Part shown: piece after piece, positions 10,338 through 18,014 of the stretch
Layout of the letters: the number at the start of each line of letters is the position of its first letter
Position numbering within the stretch: position 1 is the stretch's first letter
IMG/VR virus record: IMGVR_UViG_3300028584_001238
Reading direction: 5' to 3' (one strand)
DNA: 64,000 nt
From: a virus
Notes under the pieces: model-generated
Databases searched by the model: none
The model's input: the letters and a program-made list of their open reading frames with translations, nothing else
What the model was told of the DNA's origin: nothing
Made by a program: the position numbers and the translations under genes

Positions 10338-11069
10338 TTATATAGCCTGCATATCAAGCAATGAAAGTTTAGCTTTCAAGAGTTTTTTACCATTTTTATA
10401 GTCATTATTGTAAAGTCTCAAAAAATTTTTAAACTCATACTCATAAGTCAACATATCTTTATGTAATGGATAACCGTCAAAGACACTATAAAATATTTCT
10501 GGCTGGTTAAAACAATAATCAATCATTTTTAAAAATTGCTCATAAAAATTATTATTATCACTGAAATAAATTTTTGGTATTTTTTCATCTTTGAAATTAA
10601 CTCGGAGCATAAGAAAACCATACGATGAAATGCTATAAGACAATGCTGTTGTACTTTTAAAATGAGCATCAATTTTTCTGTCTAAGTTAATGGTTCCTTT
10701 TAAACCTTCTCCAACAAATGAGAAAACACTTTTAAAGATTGCTGATTTGTAGTTCATATCATCATCAGCAATAATAACAAGTTCTTGAGATCCTGCGGGA
10801 ACAATACTCCCGGTGTGCTCAATTCTTAAATGAAATTCCACCGCAATTTGATCTTCATTAATGATAATATCGACTACGGCATATTTAAATAAGGAAGTAA
10901 GTGAACAAACACCACAAACAATAGGTTCAAATTCATAATCCATTACAGAATCATCAATAGAACATGCTTGATTAAATAACGTAATCACTTTCGATTGAAT
11001 AATCGTTTGCAACGATTCAGATACAGGAGAAGCGTGTTTTAGCGATTTTATTGATTTTAATATAGACAT
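10338..11069 (-). CDS. family A paralogue
   Basis: Start MSILKS at 11069 after GGAG; ends LSLLDMQAI. Confidence 0.85.
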   Translation of the reverse strand: MSILKSIKSLKHASPVSESLQTIIQSKVITLFNQACSIDDSVMDYEFEPIVCGVCSLTSLFKYAVVDIIINEDQIAVEFHLRIEHTGSIVPAGSQELVIIADDDMNYKSAIFKSVFSFVGEGLKGTINLDRKIDAHFKSTTALSYSISSYGFLMLRVNFKDEKIPKIYFSDNNNFYEQFLKMIDYCFNQPEIFYSVFDGYPLHKDMLTYEYEFKNFLRLYNNDYKNGKKLLKAKLSLLDMQAI

Positions 11070-11127
11070 AAAACACTCCAATAATTTGCAATAACATATC
11101 ACAACGACGTGATTATATCAACAAAAA

Positions 11128-11871
11128 TTAAATATCCTGCATATCAAGTAAAAGAACCTTTGATTTTAAGTCTTTCTTACTTCTAGTATATTGTGTGTGA
11201 TACAGTCTTAAAAATGACTTAAACGCATCAGGATCATCAATCATGTTCTCATGACATGGATAATCTTCAAAAATATTATAGAAAATATCTGGTTTTGTAG
11301 AACAATACTCCAACATGTTCATCAAAGGAGCATGAAATTCATTGTTGTTTTCAAAAAAAACTTTTGGAAATCTAATTTGATTGAAGTTAATGCCACCACT
11401 GTGAAACCCGTTGATTGAATAAACAAGTTTTGATTCAAATGCTAATTGACTGTCAAAAGTCTTATCAATGTAAAAGGCACCTTTAGTATTGTCAGGATGG
11501 TGTTGGAGTTGTTCACCAAAGTTAAAACGAGATTGAAAGGTGGCCTTTTTATAGTTGAGCATGGCATCAACATCAATATGACACCATTGTGAACCTGCAG
11601 GAATCATAGGCACATTATAACTATTAAAGAAGATGCAAAGATGCAATTTGTTTGAATAGGTAGTCAACCTCAATTGTCCATATTTGAATTCATAATGGAA
11701 TTCTTCATCTATAAGAGTTTTTTTAGGAATAAAATAATCTGAGTGGTTGTTTGAAAGATCAAAAGGACAAAGATAATCAAATAATATAAGAAGTTTTTGA
11801 TTAATGAGTGCATTTAATTCTGGATTGATATTACGGTCAATAGATTTTTTTAGTTCTGAAAGAATTGTCAT
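11128..11871 (-). CDS. family A paralogue
   Basis: Ends KVLLLDMQDI. Confidence 0.85.
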   Translation of the reverse strand: MTILSELKKSIDRNINPELNALINQKLLILFDYLCPFDLSNNHSDYFIPKKTLIDEEFHYEFKYGQLRLTTYSNKLHLCIFFNSYNVPMIPAGSQWCHIDVDAMLNYKKATFQSRFNFGEQLQHHPDNTKGAFYIDKTFDSQLAFESKLVYSINGFHSGGINFNQIRFPKVFFENNNEFHAPLMNMLEYCSTKPDIFYNIFEDYPCHENMIDDPDAFKSFLRLYHTQYTRSKKDLKSKVLLLDMQDI

Positions 11872-11935
11872 AGAATAGCTCCAAAATATTTGTCATATAT
11901 TAACATATTCAGGCTATTAAAACAATGAAAATCTA

Positions 11936-12718
11936 TTAAATAGCCTGCATTTCAAGTAATAGAAGCCTTGATTCCACAATCGAAGAATCCTTGGTAAATT
12001 GATCATGGTATAAGGTCAGAAACTTTTTAACAGCTTCACTACTGGACGCTAGTTCTATATGGTCTGGGTATTCTGAAAATACGGGATAGAAAAGATTTGG
12101 TTGCATCTCGCAACACTCTAACATTTCTTTCAACGTATCATAAAAGTGGTGATTGTTTTCAAAAAACAAGGCTGGAAGATCTTTTGTTTTAAGCAAGGAA
12201 TGTGTTTTACGACTATTCCGATTGACGCAATTGATAACTGTGCTTAGTTTGAAATTTTTATCAAGAACTTTATAAAAGAAGATTGTCGCACGATGTTTAG
12301 GGCTACCCAATTTCCATCCAAAATCATAGCGGATTTCAAATTTAGCAAGCATATAATTCAAATGTTCATCTACATCAATATCGACACAATAGGCTCCTGC
12401 TGGAAGGCTTGGATGTTTTTCCTTTTTATAAAATTGAAATGAAACAAAAAAACGTTCGCCACTCAATATAACAAGAGCTTCCGCCTCACCAGCATCAGTG
12501 CCAGTATAGTTGAAATGATATTTTATTTTATAGTGCTGGTTGTAATCTTGATCAAAACTAAAATAATTTCCATCATCAGGAGACATGGTTGAGAGATCGA
12601 TGTTACATACACTTTTAAGAAGTGTAACCAGTTTCTTTTTGATAGCAACATGAAATTCGGCTGGAAACTGATTATCGCCATGATAGTTAAATGTTTTTAG
12701 ATCATCTTTAAAACTCAT
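11936..12718 (-). CDS. family A paralogue (first of array)
   Basis: Ends SRLLLLEMQAI; upstream TTGAAA-17-TAGAAT promoter near 12784-12812. Confidence 0.85.
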   Translation of the reverse strand: MSFKDDLKTFNYHGDNQFPAEFHVAIKKKLVTLLKSVCNIDLSTMSPDDGNYFSFDQDYNQHYKIKYHFNYTGTDAGEAEALVILSGERFFVSFQFYKKEKHPSLPAGAYCVDIDVDEHLNYMLAKFEIRYDFGWKLGSPKHRATIFFYKVLDKNFKLSTVINCVNRNSRKTHSLLKTKDLPALFFENNHHFYDTLKEMLECCEMQPNLFYPVFSEYPDHIELASSSEAVKKFLTLYHDQFTKDSSIVESRLLLLEMQAI

Positions 12719-12821
12719 TAGTTACTCCAAATATGTAATATTTGTTTTAAGGAATTAAGAAAAAACCTTTGAAATGTGTCAGGATTCTAGCATATATTTA
12801 ATTTTTTTTCAATCAAAAAAT

Positions 12822-12851
12822 AAAAAAGGCCACTAAATAAATAGTAGCCTT
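12822..12851 (-). terminator. intrinsic terminator ending candidate ncRNA
   Basis: aaggctacta-loop-tagtggcctt followed by a T run on the minus strand. Confidence 0.75.
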
Positions 12852-13228
12852 CTTTGTAAATAAGGAGTCAGGCGGCGATGAAAGCCATTTGGTAAAGACC
12901 TGACACACAACCTGCATGGTGGAAACAATTCAGTTGTATTATCCAGTTGAGGTTCCTTTTTAATTAGGAAAGCTCGGGGTAATGTCAGGAAGTTTATCTG
13001 AACTAAATTCACTTCGCCGGTCTTTTTTTGACTACACATCTTTTTGTGTGTAATCTCATTTTTAAGCTCATGTCCTCTGCAAAAGATCCCTTAGCAGAAC
13101 ACTACCTTTGATTTTTTTAAGCAAAACAACACAGAATTCAAGGCTAAACTGTTAGTTGTCGTCCGCTTTCCACATCCAGTAATAACACACGCAGGAGTTA
13201 TTACTGAAATCTTTTATAACCGTAATAA
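12825..13228 (-). ncRNA. candidate ~400-nt structured RNA of unknown class
   Basis: Bounded by a near-consensus promoter and a terminator; many stems whose G-U pairs work only on the minus strand; no convincing protein ORF. Confidence 0.55.
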
Positions 13229-13234
13229 TATGAG

Positions 13235-13263
13235 ATTATAACAAATAACACTTAAAAAGTCAA
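13235..13263 (-). promoter_or_regulatory. strong sigma70-type promoter
   Basis: TTGACT-17 nt-TATAAT. Confidence 0.8.
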
Positions 13264-13265
13264 TG

Positions 13266-13820
13266 TTAAATAGCCATGATTTCTTTTTCTTTCTGAGTTA
13301 ACAATCCATCAATAGTCGCCATCGTCTCATCAACGTCTTTCTGAATGGAATTACTCAATCGTTTTTCATCGTTTTCGTTGATTTCTTTATTCTTCAATTG
13401 TTTCTTATAGGCAGTAAAAGCATCTCTACGAAGATTACGTACTACAATGCGAGCACTTTCAATGTTTTGACGTAACTGCTTGATATACATTTTACGGGTT
13501 TCTTCGGTCAGTGCTGGTAACGGGACATAGATATTGATGCCAGTATTTGAAGGATTTAAGCCTAGTCCAGCGTTCAAGATAGACTTTGTGATGGCTCCTA
13601 CCGATTTGGGGTCAAATGCAAGCACTTTGAGTGTGCGAGCGTCTTCTACAACGATGGTTGCCATTTGTTTAAGTGGTGATTTTGCATTTTGGTATTCAAC
13701 AATGACTGAATCCAGTAAGCTGGGATGTGCTCGACCTGTTCGAATCTTAGCCAACGTAATCTTTAAAGACTCAATGGCTTTTGATAATTCTTTTTGTGTT
13801 TCTTTTTTAACATTAGTCAT
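13266..13820 (-). CDS. frr: ribosome recycling factor
   Basis: IRTGRAHPSLLD, LGLNP, P.LTEETRK, ARIVVRNLRRDA, KEKEIM motifs; 184 aa from ATG 13820. Confidence 0.95.
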   Translation of the reverse strand: MTNVKKETQKELSKAIESLKITLAKIRTGRAHPSLLDSVIVEYQNAKSPLKQMATIVVEDARTLKVLAFDPKSVGAITKSILNAGLGLNPSNTGINIYVPLPALTEETRKMYIKQLRQNIESARIVVRNLRRDAFTAYKKQLKNKEINENDEKRLSNSIQKDVDETMATIDGLLTQKEKEIMAI

Positions 13821-13847
13821 AATAAGTTCCTTTAAATTAAACAAATA

Positions 13848-13878
13848 AGAAAAGCACCGAATGGAAACCATTCAGTGC
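13848..13878 (-). terminator. terminator/attenuator hairpin between leader ORF and frr
   Basis: gcactgaatgg-ttt-ccattcggtgc 11-bp stem followed by TTTTCTT. Confidence 0.7.
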
Positions 13879-13906
13879 AGTTAACAAATATAAATGAAAC
13901 TATGAT

Positions 13907-13927
13907 TTAAGAAGCATCGCTACTCAT
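13907..13927 (-). other. 6-codon leader ORF MSSDAS upstream of frr
   Basis: AAGGAGG-ACTT-ATG AGT AGC GAT GCT TCT TAA, downstream of a TTGTGA-17-TATAAT promoter (13963-13991). Confidence 0.65.
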
Positions 13928-14005
13928 AAGTCCTCCTTATCTATAATTGGTTCAACTCGGTCATTATACGACAATCAATGATCTATCACAAGTTTTTTTT
14001 GAAAT

Positions 14006-14407
14006 TTATGCTATTTTAACAGCCAGTTTCGGATTAAAGAACACCTGATGGCCTACAACATCACAGTAGACATACTCATCTAGTTTTTCATCAATATGAA
14101 AAAGCTTTTGCTCGCCACAGAGTTTGTATTGAGATACCTCATAAGCAACTTTAAAATAGCCTAACGATTCAAAATAGGCCGCATGGTCATTAAGCCAGTT
14201 ATCGAAGTCCTCTTCCACACTCCAAGCACACCGCCAACCATTCTTAGCAAATTTTTTAAACATCCGAGGTTTCATGATCTCATAGTCAATCAGACAATTA
14301 CGAATGCCGAAATGACCTTTCAAGAGGTTAGCTTCATTCCTGTGTCCCCCTCTAAATGGCCCGAGATTATTGATATTTTCCAACCGATAAACCTTAATTT
14401 TCTTCAT
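14006..14407 (-). CDS. hypothetical protein
   Basis: 133-aa ORF with RBS. Confidence 0.7.
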   Translation of the reverse strand: MKKIKVYRLENINNLGPFRGGHRNEANLLKGHFGIRNCLIDYEIMKPRMFKKFAKNGWRCAWSVEEDFDNWLNDHAAYFESLGYFKVAYEVSQYKLCGEQKLFHIDEKLDEYVYCDVVGHQVFFNPKLAVKIA

Positions 14408-14426
14408 TTTATAAATCCTTAGAAAT

Positions 14427-14452
14427 AAAAAAGACCTTTCGGAAAAGGTCTT
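14427..14452 (-). terminator. intrinsic terminator
   Basis: aagacct...aggtctt stem plus T run. Confidence 0.7.
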
Positions 14453-14461
14453 AGTTTTTAA

Positions 14462-14797
14462 TCACATCCAGAAACGCCAATCGTTGCACAGCTTGTCGAT
14501 AGCTACGGCCTCGTAGTCATCGAGGTTGTTTAACTGCTCCCTGAGTTGCTGCTTGCTTTTCGCCCTGTATTCCTGACGGTAAGCTTTGCCGGGGCAGTAA
14601 TCGAAGCGTGGTCCACTGCAGGAGTGGAACCACTGCGTTTTCTTTTTGTTAGCCTGTTCTAAGGTCAAACCGATGAAGCCTTTGTTCCAATACCAATCGA
14701 TCAGTCCATTTTCATTCAAGTCATTCTCATCGAACAAGAAAGTTTTGACGAAATTATATTTTGATTTGTCGTTTTTGCGACGGATTGTTCTGCTCAT
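14462..14797 (-). CDS. basic phage-type hypothetical protein (MSRTIRRK start)
   Basis: 111-aa ORF, GAGG RBS, Arg/Lys-rich ends. Confidence 0.75.
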   Translation of the reverse strand: MSRTIRRKNDKSKYNFVKTFLFDENDLNENGLIDWYWNKGFIGLTLEQANKKKTQWFHSCSGPRFDYCPGKAYRQEYRAKSKQQLREQLNNLDDYEAVAIDKLCNDWRFWM

Positions 14798-14814
14798 TTT
14801 TAAAGTCCTCTAAA

Positions 14815-14835
14815 TTAACGTAAAAATTTAGACAT
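14815..14835 (-). other. 6-codon leader ORF MSKFLR
   Basis: AAGGAG-8 nt-ATG TCT AAA TTT TTA CGT TAA after a TTGCAT-17-TATTAT promoter (14892-14920). Confidence 0.6.
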
Positions 14836-14948
14836 AATGAGTTCTCCTTTAAGTAAGTTAATAAAATTGCGTTGTTTGCTTTAAGATATTCATAATACCT
14901 AATTTTGGACTTTAATGCAACATATTTTTTAATGTTGCTGTCAAAAAT

Positions 14949-15443
14949 TTAGAAATATTGAGATTTAAGTTTTTGAATTTCATCATGGGTTTCCAGAATT
15001 TTAGAGCAAAAGAAAATGATAAGCTCTTTGTTTTGGAATTTCTTATTGTTCAAGCTTCGACCCATGCTAACAAATTTTTCATAATGTTCAGGCACCATCA
15101 GCTTGTAACCATGATCTTTGAATTCATGATATTTAAGAATAGGTTTCAAATCAGAATTTGAATGGATAAGTTCGAAAAGGCTATCGAAATATTCTTGCTT
15201 CTGAACAATGCTTTTGTCAATGACCTGATTATGAATCATTTTGAGAAGCTGGATTTGATGGGTATCATCTGTCAGATTATTGTGGTCATGGTGATACTGG
15301 ATTTCTTTACGAATATGATGAGCCGCAAGACTGCAACTGTCAGTGGCAATCAACAACTGAAAATCGTCTACTGATGGCATTTCAGTGCGAACATTCAACT
15401 TCAAAGATTTCAATGTTTTCAGCAAAGACACTAGTTGATTCAT
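14949..15443 (-). CDS. hypothetical protein
   Basis: 164-aa ORF. Confidence 0.7.
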   Translation of the reverse strand: MNQLVSLLKTLKSLKLNVRTEMPSVDDFQLLIATDSCSLAAHHIRKEIQYHHDHNNLTDDTHQIQLLKMIHNQVIDKSIVQKQEYFDSLFELIHSNSDLKPILKYHEFKDHGYKLMVPEHYEKFVSMGRSLNNKKFQNKELIIFFCSKILETHDEIQKLKSQYF

Positions 15444-15556
15444 GATCTAACTCCATAAAATTGAGAAGCCTAGTATAACAAAAGTAAGCACAAAAAACAA
15501 CGTTATTTAAGGTGAAAAAAAGACCTATCGCTAGGTCTTTATTGTATTAACAAGAT

Positions 15557-15916
15557 TTACTTAGATTTTGACCAAGCTGCTTTGTGCTCAGCTTGAATTT
15601 TGTCAAATTCTACTTTTTGTTTATCATCTAGTTCATCTCTTATGTCTTTGTCGAGGTCTTTCTTACTTTCTTTCACAAGATCAGCAATTTTCGTTTTTTG
15701 CTCTGATGTTAGATTCAAACGAGCAGAATCGGCTTCCATCTGATCACGAACCATTTGACCAGTAGCATGGCTTTTAACCTTCTCAGCAGTTGTATTGACA
15801 CCGGGAGCATTGTTACTAGTAGGTGTTGTATCAGTAGCAAAAGAAGTAGCAGATACAGCCATTAATGATGCAAGAGCAGTTGTAAGTATTAATTTTTTCA
15901 TAAGTGTAGCCTCCAA
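15557..15916 (-). CDS. secreted Spy/CpxP-like LTXXQ-motif protein
   Basis: Signal peptide MKKLILTTALASLMAVSATSFA; LNLTSEQKTKI and LDDKQK motifs. Confidence 0.6.
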   Translation of the reverse strand: MEATLMKKLILTTALASLMAVSATSFATDTTPTSNNAPGVNTTAEKVKSHATGQMVRDQMEADSARLNLTSEQKTKIADLVKESKKDLDKDIRDELDDKQKVEFDKIQAEHKAAWSKSK

Positions 15917-15961
15917 AGTTAGTTTAGTTAATTAAATTTATTTAATGTGCTAAGTTAATAA

Positions 15962-16246
15962 TTAGTGTAGTTTATTACGAATTTTTTCGTATAGACTAAG
16001 CTGTGTATTATTAAGTATGTGTTTAATGTCATGATTGGCATCAGCAGCTTTATTTTTAAGAACTGAACAAATCTCTTTTCTTTGGTGGGAATTCAATTTC
16101 AAATTTCTATAATCATCCTTGAAATGATCCCCTAAAAGTTGATTCATCTCATTCTTTTCATGTACCTTAGTTTGAACGAGTCTTTTGACTCCATAAACCA
16201 CAGGTAATAATGCGGCAATAGCAATCGGAACTGTATTTTTTTTCAT
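15962..16246 (-). CDS. LTXXQ-like small protein
   Basis: N-terminal hydrophobic stretch; LKLNSHQRKEI and LNNTQ resemble the neighbour. Confidence 0.45.
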   Translation of the reverse strand: MKKNTVPIAIAALLPVVYGVKRLVQTKVHEKNEMNQLLGDHFKDDYRNLKLNSHQRKEICSVLKNKAADANHDIKHILNNTQLSLYEKIRNKLH

Positions 16247-16353
16247 ACACCCTCCTTACTGTTGGTCTTCATCATCTTACTATAAAAATACAAAAAGTAA
16301 AGAGCAGATCACAAATTTAAATATAACACAGGTCTTTTTTAGAACTTAAATAT

Positions 16354-16385
16354 AAAAAAAAAGACCTATTTCTAGGTCTTTTTTT
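16354..16385. terminator. bidirectional intrinsic terminator
   Basis: A run-agacct atttct aggtct-T run. Confidence 0.8.
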
Positions 16386-16459
16386 GTGTTGCTTTAATCA
16401 TTTGGTGGAGGGCGTTAAATTGCCACTTAAAAAAACCGCACCGCTTGATTTATTTCCAT

Positions 16460-16766
16460 TCTAATATCATCATCTATCATAAGTTTAATTATCTAATAGT
16501 TGTTGACTACGGCATGGGCAGCTCACCTCCGAGCACTTCATTTTAAACAATTTTAAAGTGAATGTTTATGTGTTTGTTATACTCTAATATTATATCATCA
16601 ATTTAATTATCTAATTTTAGTGTATTACGGCATTCCTAGTTCACCTCTGGCACTTATCTAATTATCAAGTGGTTAATGTTTATTTTAAAGCTAGTATCAT
16701 CATATTAAATAGTATCATTCTCTAATTTGATTACTTACTCCATCGGTAGTTCACCTCGGGCACTTA
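16460..16766 (-). repeat. three degenerate ~110-118-nt repeats, each with SD plus start-codon-stop minigene
   Basis: AAGTGC-N2-3-GAGGTGA-N7-ATG CCG TAG (16507-16515), ATG CCG TAA (16625-16633), ATG GAG TAA (16735-16743), each followed by ATTAGA(T/G)AAT and TGATGATA. Confidence 0.85.
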
Positions 16767-16820
16767 ATTAGTATAACTGGTTGTTTTCGTTAGGGTTCTT
16801 GTTCTTGTCTTGATGTGTCT

Positions 16821-16849
16821 ATAATACCGAAAACCGTTCCTTATGGCAA
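16821..16849 (-). promoter_or_regulatory. sigma70-type promoter for minigene transcript
   Basis: TTGCCA-17 nt-TATTAT. Confidence 0.65.
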
Positions 16850-16878
16850 GCACTTTTTTCACTATTTTTGAAAATATT

Positions 16879-17874
16879 TTAGAACTTGAAAAACCCAAAA
16901 GCGTCCTTAATTTCATTGACGTTCTGGTTCGTTTCTGTTAGTGCTTTCATTGTCCCCTGCTTCAAGACATCAAGCACAAAATCATGGTGGTTATTCAACA
17001 AGAGACGTTTCTCTCTGATAGGAGCAATGACAGTTTCTAAAACACCCACCAGACGCTTTTTTAATGTGCCATCACCTAACCCGCCACGTAGATAGAACTC
17101 TTTAAGGTTCGCCACCTCATCCACATCAGGATCGAAAGCATCAAGATAAGTGAACACTACGTTACCTTCTACTTGGCCGGGATCTTCAACTCGCAAGTGA
17201 TTGCTGTCTGTAAACATCAAATTGACGGCCTTTTGAATGTCTTTAATGCTTGCGTATAGATTAATCGTATTACCGAGCGATTTGCTCATTTTAGACTTAC
17301 CATCGAGGCTTGGCAGTCTTCCTACTGTCGAGGTAAGAGCTTTGATTGTAGGAACAATCTCAAAACCTATCTGGGAGTTAAGCTTGTGGACAATCTCGTT
17401 CGCTTGCTCAATCAACGGAAGCTGGTCTTCCCCGACTGGAACAAGGTCAGCTTTGAACGCTGTAATATCAGCAGCTTGTGCAACAGGATAGGCTAAGAAA
17501 CCTGCTGGAATGCTGCGTTCGAAATTTTTAGCTTTAATCTCATCACGAATGGTAGGATTCCGTTCTAAGCGAGAGACAGTGACAAGGTTTAGATACAACA
17601 AAGTCAGTTCTGCAATAGCTGGGAGATGTGATTGAACACAAATCGTAGTCTTGTTCGGGTCAATACCACAAGCCAGATAGTCTTTAGCGACTTCAATGAC
17701 GTTATCACGCACTTTGGTAGGATTACCCATATTGTCGGTCAACGCCTGATTGTCAGCAATCAAGACCGTTTGCTGGTGCAGGTGCTGCAGCTCTACTCGA
17801 TTTCGCAATGACCCTACGAAATGCCCAAGATGAAGTGAACCTGTTGGCCTATCGCCAGTTAAGATCTTTGACAT
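16879..17874 (-). CDS. trpS: tryptophan--tRNA ligase
   Basis: LTGDRPTGSLHLGH (HIGH-like), YPVAQAADI, VPVGEDQ, KMSKS motifs. Confidence 0.95.
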   Translation of the reverse strand: MSKILTGDRPTGSLHLGHFVGSLRNRVELQHLHQQTVLIADNQALTDNMGNPTKVRDNVIEVAKDYLACGIDPNKTTICVQSHLPAIAELTLLYLNLVTVSRLERNPTIRDEIKAKNFERSIPAGFLAYPVAQAADITAFKADLVPVGEDQLPLIEQANEIVHKLNSQIGFEIVPTIKALTSTVGRLPSLDGKSKMSKSLGNTINLYASIKDIQKAVNLMFTDSNHLRVEDPGQVEGNVVFTYLDAFDPDVDEVANLKEFYLRGGLGDGTLKKRLVGVLETVIAPIREKRLLLNNHHDFVLDVLKQGTMKALTETNQNVNEIKDAFGFFKF

Positions 17875-18014
17875 GACAAACTCCTAAAAATAATTAAATT
17901 AGTATAGTAAATAATGAGAATAAACGCAAGGATTAAATCTGAAAAAATATCCGCAGCTTTTCTTATTTAAGTTTAATGATAAAATGGAATAAATAAATAC
18001 ACACATAACTTATC

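Noticed and set aside
2352-12718. Diversity-generating retroelement or integron cassette explanation for the array
   Set aside because: No reverse transcriptase, template/variable repeat pair, integrase or attC-like palindromes are visible in the window
12833-13039. 68-aa ORF from the track
   Set aside because: No RBS, runs through structured stems into the terminator
13150-13180. GAC GAC AAC TAA CAG TTT AGC resembling a tmRNA tag
   Set aside because: In-frame stop and no tRNA-like ends (GGGG.../...CCA) around this RNA
16460-16766. CRISPR array or type III antitoxin (ToxI-like) reading of the three repeats; AAGTGC and AGGTGA also occur in ToxI
   Set aside because: Repeats are degenerate, 110-118 nt in period, with no palindromic direct repeat, no cas genes and no ~36-nt pseudoknot unit; the SD-ATG-codon-stop reading explains the conserved bases better
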